Below are positions 1 to 7,457 of a DNA stretch of 64,000 bases, piece after piece (within the stretch, counting starts at the first letter, position 1; each line of letters starts with the position of its first letter). The position numbers and the translations under genes were made by a program. The stretch spans positions 26,195 through 90,194 of the forward strand of contig DASUSN010000052.1 of NCBI GenBank assembly GCA_036375075.1. The letters run 5' to 3'. The notes beneath the pieces are model-generated. The model was given only the letters and a program-made list of their open reading frames with translations, was not told the origin of the DNA and ran no database searches. This DNA comes from Thermoanaerobaculia bacterium. Lineage in GTDB: Bacteria; Acidobacteriota; Thermoanaerobaculia; Gp7-AA8.

Positions 1-1
1 G

Positions 2-1393
2 GAGATCAAGGAGAAGCAGCAGACCGGGCAGCCGTCGCTGGTCGGCACCATCTCCATCGAAAAGTCGGAGGCGCTGTCCGCGGCGCTGAAGCGGAACGGC
101 ATCCCGCACGTCGTGCTCAACGCGAAATACCACGAGCGCGAGGCCGAGATCGTCGCCCAGGCCGGCAGCAAGGGCGCGGTCACGATCGCCACGAACATGG
201 CCGGCCGCGGTACGGACATCCTCCTGGGCGGCAACCCGGAGTACCGCGCGGCCCAGAAGGCCAAAGACGTCGAGGACCCGAAGGAGCGGAAGCGGATCGA
301 GGACGAGATGCGCGAGGAGTGGACGCGAGACCACGAGGAAGTGGTCGCCGCCGGCGGCCTGCACATCGTCGGCACCGAGCGCCACGAATCGCGGCGCATC
401 GACAACCAGCTCCGCGGACGCTCCGGACGCCAAGGCGATCCGGGCAGCTCGCGCTTCTACCTGTCCCTCGAGGATGACCTCATGCGCATCTTCGGCGGCG
501 ACCGGATCATGGGCCTGATGGAGCGCCTGGGCATGGAAGAGGGTGTCCCCATCGAGCACGGCATGGTCACGCGCGCCATCGAGCGCGCGCAGAAGCAGGT
601 CGAAGGCCGCAACTTCGAGGCTCGCAAGCACCTGCTCGAGTACGACGACGTGATGAACAAGCAGCGTGAGTCCATCTACACGCTGCGCCGGTCCATCCTC
701 GAAGGCAGGGAGGGGAAGGAGTACATCCTCAATGCAGCCGACGAGATCGTCGGGTACCTCGTCGATACGCACTATCCCGAGGACATGCGGCAGCTGCCGG
801 ACGAGGCCGAGCTCAATGCGGAGCTGTACGACTACTTCGGCCTCGACCTCCGCATGGCAGGCGTGGAGATCGAGACCGACCGCCGCGACGACGTGAAGTA
901 CAAGATCGTCGAGGCCGTCAACAAGCGCTACGAGGAGAAGGAGTCGCTCGTCGGCGCGGAGAACATGCGCCTGAACGAGAAATACCTCCTCCTGCAGGTC
1001 ATCGACCAGCAGTGGAAGGACCATCTCCTCAACATCGACCACCTCAAGGAAGGCATCGGTCTCCGCGGCTACGGCCAGCGCGACCCGCTGGTCGAGTACA
1101 AGCGCGAGTCCTTCGAGCTCTTCCAGTCGATGATGGAGCGCATCCAGGACCGCGTGGTGAAGGTCCTCTGGAAGATCGAGCTCGCCGGCGGCGGCCCCTC
1201 CGACCGCGAGGAGTCCCAGCGCGTCTCCCGCGCCCTGCCCCCGCCCCGCCCGAAGGAACAGGTGATGTTCACCGGCCCGAAAGAAGCCGCCGCGCCCGTC
1301 AAGCGCGTCCAGCAGAAAGTCGGCCGCAACGACCCCTGCCCCTGCGGCTCGGGCAAGAAGTACAAGAAGTGCCACGGCATCAACGCGGCGTAA
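2..1393 (+). CDS. secA: Preprotein translocase ATPase SecA, C-terminal ~460 aa (5' end outside window)
   Basis: Frame is open from the window edge, so the ORF-track Met at 113 is internal. Motifs seen: [42 protein letters not shown], and the C-terminal zinc-binding tail [14 protein letters not shown]. Confidence 0.93.
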   Translation, partial: EIKEKQQTGQPSLVGTISIEKSEALSAALKRNGIPHVVLNAKYHEREAEIVAQAGSKGAVTIATNMAGRGTDILLGGNPEYRAAQKAKDVEDPKERKRIEDEMREEWTRDHEEVVAAGGLHIVGTERHESRRIDNQLRGRSGRQGDPGSSRFYLSLEDDLMRIFGGDRIMGLMERLGMEEGVPIEHGMVTRAIERAQKQVEGRNFEARKHLLEYDDVMNKQRESIYTLRRSILEGREGKEYILNAADEIVGYLVDTHYPEDMRQLPDEAELNAELYDYFGLDLRMAGVEIETDRRDDVKYKIVEAVNKRYEEKESLVGAENMRLNEKYLLLQVIDQQWKDHLLNIDHLKEGIGLRGYGQRDPLVEYKRESFELFQSMMERIQDRVVKVLWKIELAGGGPSDREESQRVSRALPPPRPKEQVMFTGPKEAAAPVKRVQQKVGRNDPCPCGSGKKYKKCHGINAA

Positions 1394-1407
1394 GATGAGG
1401 GCGGGCT

Positions 1408-1456
1408 GGGACGAATAGGACAGATGGGACGAATAGGACCGTCCTATCTGTCCTAT
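1408..1456. repeat. Micro-repeat hairpin, family C (TAGGAC units), short copy
   Basis: GGGACGAATAGGACAGATGGGACGAATAGGACC is followed by GTCCTATCTGTCCTAT. Same unit as at 17168 and 47481. Lies 15 nt after the secA stop. Confidence 0.75.
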
Positions 1457-1463
1457 GGATCGG

Positions 1464-1552
1464 ATGTAGGGCGCGGCTTCAGCCCGCCTCCCCGTCGAAG
1501 CAGCCTCCTTCGTCGTCACCACCGGTACGTCCGGCGCTGAAGCCGCCGCCCC
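1464..1552. repeat. Palindromic element family B (ATGTAGGGCGCGGCTTCAGCC), degenerate copy
   Basis: The left arm ATGTAGGGCGCGGCTTCAGCCCGCCTC is identical to the left arm at 10894. The right partner is degraded; only GCTGAAGCCGC is retained (1533-1552). Confidence 0.6.
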
Positions 1553-1687
1553 GGCACGACTACCGCACTTGCCTCCTCATGCCCGTCCGCTTCCGTACCT
1601 CCGGCTGCCTCTTCAGCATCATCGCCTCCCTGCTTCTGACCTTGCTGCTCAACCTCGCCCTGCGCGCGTGCGCCTGAGAGGCTCGCC

Positions 1688-1975
1688 ATGAACGCCACCG
1701 AACGACTCCTCGGCCGATGGCGTCAGGTGGCCCCGGACCCGACTCCCGCGTCGATCTTCGTCACGTTCGAGCCGGATGGCCGCCTCCGCTATGCCCTCGA
1801 GGCCGGCACCACGCAGATCGTCCTGCTGACGTGGCGCGTGGATGGGGACGTGCTGGTCTCGCAACAACCGGGCGCGCCGCGTGAGGACCGAGCGCAGTTC
1901 CGCTTCGAAAGTGCCGGGCGGCTGGTTGTCGAGCGCGAGGGGGAACGCTACACCTACGAGCGCGCCGGCGCCTGA
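1688..1975 (+). CDS. Hypothetical small protein (95 aa)
   Basis: ATG is preceded by GAGAGG. Non-repetitive composition with no recognisable motif. Sits between secA and the large secreted protein gene. Confidence 0.45.
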   Translation: MNATERLLGRWRQVAPDPTPASIFVTFEPDGRLRYALEAGTTQIVLLTWRVDGDVLVSQQPGAPREDRAQFRFESAGRLVVEREGERYTYERAGA

Positions 1976-2027
1976 GGCGATGCGATCGCTGGTCGGCTCG
2001 CACCTCCCCCGACAGCACTCTCCGCTC

Positions 2028-2056
2028 TTGTGCTTTATGCTTCGATAGCATAAATT
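2028..2056 (+). promoter_or_regulatory. Candidate sigma-70-type promoter overlapped by an AT-rich inverted repeat
   Basis: TTGTGC (2028-2033), a 17-nt spacer, then TAAATT (2051-2056). TTATGCT (2035-2041) and AGCATAA (2047-2053) form 7-nt arms with a 5-nt spacer. An AT-rich islet in GC-rich DNA, 24 nt upstream of ATG 2080 (GGAGGG RBS at 2071). Confidence 0.3.
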
Positions 2057-2079
2057 ATCTTGCAGTAAGCGGAGGGTCC

Positions 2080-4767
2080 ATGAAACGCACCATCGGTCTC
2101 CTCTCCCTCGGGCTGTTCCTCGCCATCCCTGTTTTTGCCCGCGTCATCTCCTACGCGCCGTACACCAGTCGGGTGGCCGTTCCTTCCATCCAGGACCGCA
2201 CCTCCCGGCACTTCGTGCTGATCGAGGCGAAGGCCGAGGAGTTTCTGGATGCGTGGAATCGCGAGGTCGTGCTCTACGACTCGACGGGAGCCGAGGAGCC
2301 ACGGGTGATCACGCCCCCCGGAACGTCGGGATCATGGAGCGACACCGCGCTCTACGAGAAGGCCGGCAGGGCGCCCATGATCCTTGCGCTGAAGTACTCG
2401 CAGGCCATGTTCAGCGCGGACGCGACGAACTGGCAGCAAGTCGAGGGCCTGGACACGTTCTTCCTCGCGAGTGTCCTGGACGTCGACACCGGAGGCCCCT
2501 TCTCCCACGGCCTGTTCGCGCCGGTCGTCCTCGGCAACGACGACTGGCCATTCGTCGTCACGCTGAGCAACGGCGTATGGGCGATCGGCCGCACCGGCGA
2601 GGCGAGGCCGCTGCTGCAGACCAGCGGCGCGCGCGTCATCGGCCGCAACGCCGCCGGCGACCGGTTTCTCATCCGCCACGGAAGCACGATCTGGACCTCG
2701 ACCGTCGACGGGACGCTCACGAAGACCGCCGACCTCACCGTGGGCGGCTTCTTCGCCGGCTGGATCACGTCCGGCGGCGCCGCGTACATCGAGCGGGTCT
2801 ACGCGAGCGGCCGCCAGCTCTTCCTCGCCAGCGGCGGGTCGCTGACGCTGCTCGCGGACGCGGCGCCGGTTTACGTCCCCGCGGACGAGCCCCTCCCGCT
2901 GCGTGCTTTCGCCGTCCCGACCCATGATTACGAGGGCGCGTGGGTCATCGAGCGCGCCCCGGACTACCCGACGATCCTCTCGCGGCATACGCCGGCCGCG
3001 GGTCTGCAGAGGATGTGGATCGACGACGATGGCCCGCAGGTCGAGGCCCTCATCCCCGGCCCGTCAGGACAGACGGTGCTCATCCAGGTGCACCGCGACC
3101 GCGAGAGCGCCGAGCTCCAGAAGCCCATCATCGATCCGGCGCTCGCCGTGTGGCGCATCGGCCAGCCCGCTCCGCGGAGCTATGACGAGCTCTATCTCAA
3201 CGAGGAGCCGAACAAGGGTTTCGTAATCGTGAACGCCGACGAGATCGAGAGCGGCGCCACGTTCGTGTTCAACTCCGGTTTCGAGGCAGTCTGGCGTCCG
3301 GCCAGCCGTGTCTCCGCGCCGATCGGAGGGGGAGGCGACGTCACGCAGGAGTGGGGCGTCGTCCGCGGATCGCTCCGGCAGCGGCTCGTGCTGCCCGGCG
3401 TATCCCGGATGCGCGGGGCGTACGACTCCTTCTGGCAGACCGACGTCACGATCTACAACCCGCTCGCCGAGGCCCAGCAGGTGGACGTCCGCTACGTTCC
3501 CATGGGCGCGGCGAGCGCCGTCACCGCAACGCTGGCTCTCGCGCCGTACGAGATCCGGGCGATCCCCGACGTCCTGCGGTCGCTCTTCTTCCTCGAGTCC
3601 GGAGGAGGCGCGCTGCATCTGCTACCGGCCGTGGGCGTGAACGCCACCGCACGTACGTACAGCCGCAAAGACGGCGGCACGTACGGCTTCGGCATGCACG
3701 CCATCGACGCCTTCACCGCCGCGGGTCCGCGGTTCCCTCTGACCTTCGCCGGCGCGTTCCCGGGAAACCACTTCCGCACGAACGTGACGCTCACGGACAC
3801 GTCCGGCCGAGGCACACGTGCGAGCCTGCGGACCAGGACCATGTGGGACGACGACCTCCCGGCCGGAGAGCTCGACACGCCCGCCGCCGGAACGATGCAG
3901 TCCACGCTCGCGCCGCCCGACCGGTCGCACGAGGACGTCGGCGTCGCGTTGATCGTCGAGCCGGCGCGCGGCACCGCCCTGGCCACGGTGGTCGCGATCG
4001 ACAACCGGTCGAACGATCCCACCTGGTTCCCGCCTGATGTCCCCGGCACCGTGCCCCGCGCGATCCCGGTGATCGGACACGTGGACGGCGGCCACGGCTC
4101 GCAGTGGCGCTCGGACCTCTATCTCCACAACCCGCGCGACGGCTCGCGCTACCTGATCCTCACCGCGACTCCGTGGGACCGTCCCTGGCAGTGGCAAACG
4201 GCCTGGGTGCGCCTGAACGGACGCGAGACCCGCGTCGTCCGCGACGCGCTGTGGACGCTGTTCAGGCTCACCGGTGTCGCGCGGCTGCGGTACTCGAGCG
4301 CCGAGGACGAGCCGGGCGAGGGTGTGCGCGTGACGTCGCGGACGTACACGGTGGACGCGAACGGCGCGACGTACGGCTGTCTCGTCCCGCCGCTGACCGG
4401 CTTCCAGATCGGCACCCCCGGCGACAGGCTGGAGATCCTCGGCGTCAGCGCCGGTCCCGGTTTCCGCACGAACGTCGGTCTGGTCGACGTCTCCGACACG
4501 ACGACCTACCCCTCCCTGGTGCGCGTCCGCATCATCGGAGACCGGCAGCAGTTGCTCGACGAAACGCTCGTGGAAGTGCCGGCACGCGGCGGGCTGCAGC
4601 TCAACGACATCTTCGGCATGCACGGCATCACGCCGCCGCCCGCGGCGCTGCTGGTCGTCGACGTTCTGGACGGGAAGCAGATCGCCGCGTACGCCACGCT
4701 CGTCGACAACGTCACGAACGACTCGATCTACCTCGGCTCGCAGTTAGGGGCGAAGGAAACGAACTGA
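2080..4767 (+). CDS. Large secreted protein: signal peptide, ~400-aa N-terminal region (beta-propeller-like by composition), then two copies of an unnamed ~220-aa module
   Basis: N-terminal MKRTIGLLSLGLFLAIPVFA. Internal duplication: LVLPGV..SFWQTDV...ARTYSR..GGTYG...FRTNVTLTDTS...AIDNRSNDP versus IPVIG..GSQWRSDL...SRTYTV..GATYG...FRTNVGLVDVS...LVDNVTNDS. RBS present. Confidence 0.8.
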   Translation: MKRTIGLLSLGLFLAIPVFARVISYAPYTSRVAVPSIQDRTSRHFVLIEAKAEEFLDAWNREVVLYDSTGAEEPRVITPPGTSGSWSDTALYEKAGRAPMILALKYSQAMFSADATNWQQVEGLDTFFLASVLDVDTGGPFSHGLFAPVVLGNDDWPFVVTLSNGVWAIGRTGEARPLLQTSGARVIGRNAAGDRFLIRHGSTIWTSTVDGTLTKTADLTVGGFFAGWITSGGAAYIERVYASGRQLFLASGGSLTLLADAAPVYVPADEPLPLRAFAVPTHDYEGAWVIERAPDYPTILSRHTPAAGLQRMWIDDDGPQVEALIPGPSGQTVLIQVHRDRESAELQKPIIDPALAVWRIGQPAPRSYDELYLNEEPNKGFVIVNADEIESGATFVFNSGFEAVWRPASRVSAPIGGGGDVTQEWGVVRGSLRQRLVLPGVSRMRGAYDSFWQTDVTIYNPLAEAQQVDVRYVPMGAASAVTATLALAPYEIRAIPDVLRSLFFLESGGGALHLLPAVGVNATARTYSRKDGGTYGFGMHAIDAFTAAGPRFPLTFAGAFPGNHFRTNVTLTDTSGRGTRASLRTRTMWDDDLPAGELDTPAAGTMQSTLAPPDRSHEDVGVALIVEPARGTALATVVAIDNRSNDPTWFPPDVPGTVPRAIPVIGHVDGGHGSQWRSDLYLHNPRDGSRYLILTATPWDRPWQWQTAWVRLNGRETRVVRDALWTLFRLTGVARLRYSSAEDEPGEGVRVTSRTYTVDANGATYGCLVPPLTGFQIGTPGDRLEILGVSAGPGFRTNVGLVDVSDTTTYPSLVRVRIIGDRQQLLDETLVEVPARGGLQLNDIFGMHGITPPPAALLVVDVLDGKQIAAYATLVDNVTNDSIYLGSQLGAKETN

Positions 4768-4788
4768 CGGGAGTCGCGTCCAAGGAAC

Positions 4789-5256
4789 ATGCGAAAAGCC
4801 ACTGCCGCCATCCTGCTCACCCTTGCCTTCACCGCTTCCGCCGAAACCACCCTCGCCTTCCGTGTCACGCTCACCGACGGCCGTACCGCGCTCCTCGCGA
4901 ACCCGAAAGTCGACGAGCTGAAGCTGTCCGACGAGCTGCTCCAGCGCGCCGCCTCAAACCGCGTCCTCCTGCTCGACCACACCTCCGGAACGAGGTGGAA
5001 CTGGCTGATGCTCAGCTGGCTCGAGACCCACCCCGACGCGGAGTACGGCCTCAACGCCGCGGGCGTGGCCGCGATCGGCAAAGGCGCGGACATCGGCGTG
5101 ACGCCCATCGACCAGCACACCTACCGCGTACGCTGCCTCCACGAGCGGTGCGAAGTCACCGTTGCACGCGGTGACGAGAAGCAGACGACGGCGACGCTGA
5201 AGAACGGCCAGTCGCGGAACGTGGCGTACGGCAGCGACCTGCGCGTGGCGTTCTGA
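4789..5256 (+). CDS. Hypothetical secreted protein (155 aa)
   Basis: Signal-like N-terminus MRKATAAILLTLAFTASA. Starts 22 nt after the upstream gene on the same strand. No known motif. Confidence 0.55.
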   Translation: MRKATAAILLTLAFTASAETTLAFRVTLTDGRTALLANPKVDELKLSDELLQRAASNRVLLLDHTSGTRWNWLMLSWLETHPDAEYGLNAAGVAAIGKGADIGVTPIDQHTYRVRCLHERCEVTVARGDEKQTTATLKNGQSRNVAYGSDLRVAF

Positions 5257-5265
5257 CGCCCGATC

Positions 5266-5301
5266 TGGAGTGCGGAGGCGATCGATTGCCTCCGCACTCC
5301 A
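5266..5301. repeat. Palindromic element family A (TGGAGTGCGGAGGC arms)
   Basis: TGGAGTGCGGAGGC-gatcgatt-GCCTCCGCACTCCA with perfect 14-nt arms. Lies 10 nt after the stop at 5256. Other copies at 25216 and 60631. Confidence 0.9.
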
Positions 5302-5392
5302 AATTGCATGGCCCGTTCTGTCGTCTCATCGTCGGCGCACCGCGCCGTGTCCAGGCTCGGGATGACAGGTACTCGTGAGCTACCACACTCAT

Positions 5393-5417
5393 GGAACAGG
5401 CGACGACGTAGAATCAC
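5393..5417 (+). promoter_or_regulatory. 25-nt direct repeat, copy 1, containing a TAGAAT -10-like box 6 nt before the mntA GTG
   Basis: GGAACAGGCGACGACGTAGAATCAC. Copy 2 is exactly 600 nt downstream (5993-6017) with 1 mismatch. TAGAAT at 5409-5414, GTG at 5421. Confidence 0.5.
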
Positions 5418-5420
5418 CAC

Positions 5421-5735
5421 GTGATGCTCGCCATCGACATCGACAAAGACCGGCTCCGCGACTTCTGCCAGCGGTGGAAGATCAGGGAGCTCGCGCTTTT
5501 CGGGAGTGTCACGCGGCCCGACGAGTTCCGCCAGGACAGCGATGTCGACGTCATGGTGACGTTCGAACAGGACGCGAGGTGGACCCTTCTTCACATGGTG
5601 GACATGAAGGAACAGCTCGAAGAGTTGTTTGGAAGGCCGGTCGACCTGCTGACACGCCGCGGCGTGGAGCGAAGTCACAATCGAATCCGCCGCGAGTCGA
5701 TCCTGGACTCAGCGGTGGTGCTGGATGTTGCCTGA
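5421..5735 (+). CDS. mntA: Nucleotidyltransferase-domain antitoxin (MNT/MntA type)
   Basis: LFGSVTRPDEFRQDSDVDVMVTF (GS...DxD nucleotidyltransferase motif). 104 aa. Its stop overlaps the ATG of a DUF86/HEPN reading frame. Confidence 0.8.
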   Translation: MMLAIDIDKDRLRDFCQRWKIRELALFGSVTRPDEFRQDSDVDVMVTFEQDARWTLLHMVDMKEQLEELFGRPVDLLTRRGVERSHNRIRRESILDSAVVLDVA

Positions 5736-5960
5736 TCGCGCGTTCCTCGAAGACATCGTGTATTCGGCGCGGTTGGCGCTGCAATACCTTGAAGGCCTCT
5801 CCCTCGCCGACTTCGAAGCCGATCTCAGGACGTAGGACGCCGTCATCCGTCGCCTGGAGGTGATCGGTGAAGCGGTGAAATGGACCTGACCATCGTGTGG
5901 AGCACCGTTCACGACGATCTGCCTCCGTTGATCGCGGCAATCGAGGCCTATCTCTCGTAG
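5725..5960 (+). pseudogene. hepT: HEPN/DUF86 toxin (HepT type), inactivated by an in-frame TAG and an internal deletion/frameshift
   Basis: MLPDRAFLEDIVYSARLALQYLEGLSLADFEADLRT-TAG(5833-5835)-DAVIRRLEVIGEAVK, then TGA at 5887. The C-terminal IVWSTVHDDLPPLIAAIEAYLS is in another frame. The segment that would carry the Rx4-6H motif is missing. Confidence 0.7.
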
Positions 5961-5992
5961 CCAGCATGGACGCGACGCCCTGTACTGCTCCG

Positions 5993-6017
5993 GGAACAGG
6001 CAACGACGTAGAATCAC
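5993..6017 (+). promoter_or_regulatory. 25-nt direct repeat, copy 2, with a TAGAAT box 6 nt before the proC GTG
   Basis: GGAACAGGCAACGACGTAGAATCAC. TAGAAT at 6009-6014, GTG at 6021. Same geometry as copy 1. Confidence 0.5.
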
Positions 6018-6020
6018 GGT

Positions 6021-6851
6021 GTGACTGACACTCCCCGCACCATCGGGTTCATCGGCGCAGGCAACATGGCCGAGGCCATGATCCGGGGGTTGCTGCGGGG
6101 GAACGACTTTGCGCCGGAGCAGGTCTCCGCGTCCGGGCCGCGGGCCGAGCGGGCGAGGGAGTTGCGCGAGAAGTATGGCATCGACGCCACGACCGACAAC
6201 AAGACCCCCGCGCAGAAGGACATCGTCGTTCTCAGTGTGAAGCCGCAGATCCTCAGCCGCGTGCTCGACGAGGTCGGGGACGCGATCCGCGCCGATGCCC
6301 TGGTGATCAGCATCGCTGCGGGCGTGCCCGTGGCCACGATCCAGTCGCGGCTCGCGAGCGGGACGCGGGTCGTGCGGGCCATGCCCAACACGCCCGCACT
6401 CGTGGACGCGGGCGCCACCGCGATCGCCGGAGGCGAGCACGCGCGGGAGTCCGATCTCGCGGACGCCAAGCGGATCTTCGACGCGATCGGCCTCACGGTC
6501 ATCCTCGAAGAATCCGCGCTCGACGCCGTGACCGGTCTGTCCGGTTCCGGGCCGGCCTACGTCTTCCTCATCCTCGAGGCCCTCAGCGACGCAGGCGTGA
6601 AAGTCGGCCTCTCCCGCCGCACCGCCCAGCTCCTGGCCGCGCAGACGGTCCTCGGATCTGCGAAACTGCTGCTCGAGACCAACGAGCATCCCGGCCGGTT
6701 GAAAGACATGGTCACCTCGCCGGGCGGCACGGCCATCACAGGGCTGCACACCCTCGAGCACGGCGGGGTGCGCACGACCCTGATGAACGCCGTCGAAGCG
6801 GCCACGCGCCGCTCGCGCGAGCTCGGCGAGGCGATGCTGAAGAAGGAGTAG
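6021..6851 (+). CDS. proC: Pyrroline-5-carboxylate reductase
   Basis: IGFIGAGNMAEAMIRGLL Rossmann N-terminus, MPNTPALV, SPGGTAITGLHTLE. 276 aa. Confidence 0.9.
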   Translation: MTDTPRTIGFIGAGNMAEAMIRGLLRGNDFAPEQVSASGPRAERARELREKYGIDATTDNKTPAQKDIVVLSVKPQILSRVLDEVGDAIRADALVISIAAGVPVATIQSRLASGTRVVRAMPNTPALVDAGATAIAGGEHARESDLADAKRIFDAIGLTVILEESALDAVTGLSGSGPAYVFLILEALSDAGVKVGLSRRTAQLLAAQTVLGSAKLLLETNEHPGRLKDMVTSPGGTAITGLHTLEHGGVRTTLMNAVEAATRRSRELGEAMLKKE

Positions 6852-6852
6852 A

Positions 6853-7419
6853 GTGGACCCGCTGGAGACCGTCGAGAAAGAGCTGAACGAAGCCACGCGC
6901 CGCGCCTGGACGCTCGTCCAGTCGACCGACGGCCGCCTCTTCACCGTCCGTCCGAAGGCGCAGAGCTGGTCGGCCGCCGAGTGCCTCGCGCACCTGAGCA
7001 TCTCCACCGAGATGTTCCTCCCCGTGCTGCGCAAGAGCATCGACGACTCGCGCAGCAAACGGCGCAAAGGGAAGCCGAAGATGGACCTCCTCGGCCGCAT
7101 CCTGGCCTGGTTCCTCGAGCCGCCGATCCGCACGAAGGTCAAGACCGCCGCCCCGTTCGTCCCCAAATCGACGCGGGCCAAGGCCGAGGCGTTCGGCGAG
7201 TTCGCGTCGCTGCAGGAGAAGCTCCTCGACCTCCTGAGCGATGCCCGCGAGGCCGACCTGCGCACGAAAATCGTGTCGCCGTTCGATACCCGGGTCCGTT
7301 ACAACATCCTCTCCGCGTTCCACATCGTGGCCGCCCACGAGCGCCGCCATCTCTGGCAGGCGGAGCAGGCCATCGCCGAGTTGCGGTCGCGGAAAGCGTC
7401 CGGATCCGTGCCGGTGTAA
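6853..7419 (+). CDS. DinB-superfamily protein
   Basis: CLAHLSISTEMF ... HIVAAHERRHLWQAEQ (His-containing four-helix-bundle pattern of DinB_2-like proteins). AAGGAG RBS, GTG start. Confidence 0.65.
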   Translation: MDPLETVEKELNEATRRAWTLVQSTDGRLFTVRPKAQSWSAAECLAHLSISTEMFLPVLRKSIDDSRSKRRKGKPKMDLLGRILAWFLEPPIRTKVKTAAPFVPKSTRAKAEAFGEFASLQEKLLDLLSDAREADLRTKIVSPFDTRVRYNILSAFHIVAAHERRHLWQAEQAIAELRSRKASGSVPV

Positions 7420-7457
7420 CCGAACCCTGCGGTGGTACGTCTCACTCCTGCACTAAT

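Noticed and set aside
113-1393. ATG 113 as the secA start.
   Set aside because: The frame is open to the window edge, and the upstream residues ([26 protein letters not shown]...) are SecA sequence. The gene is 5'-truncated by the window.
1516-1698. A 60-aa minus-strand ORF, and other short overlapping ORFs, in the secA downstream region.
   Set aside because: They overlap the degenerate family B repeat, have biased composition and no start context.
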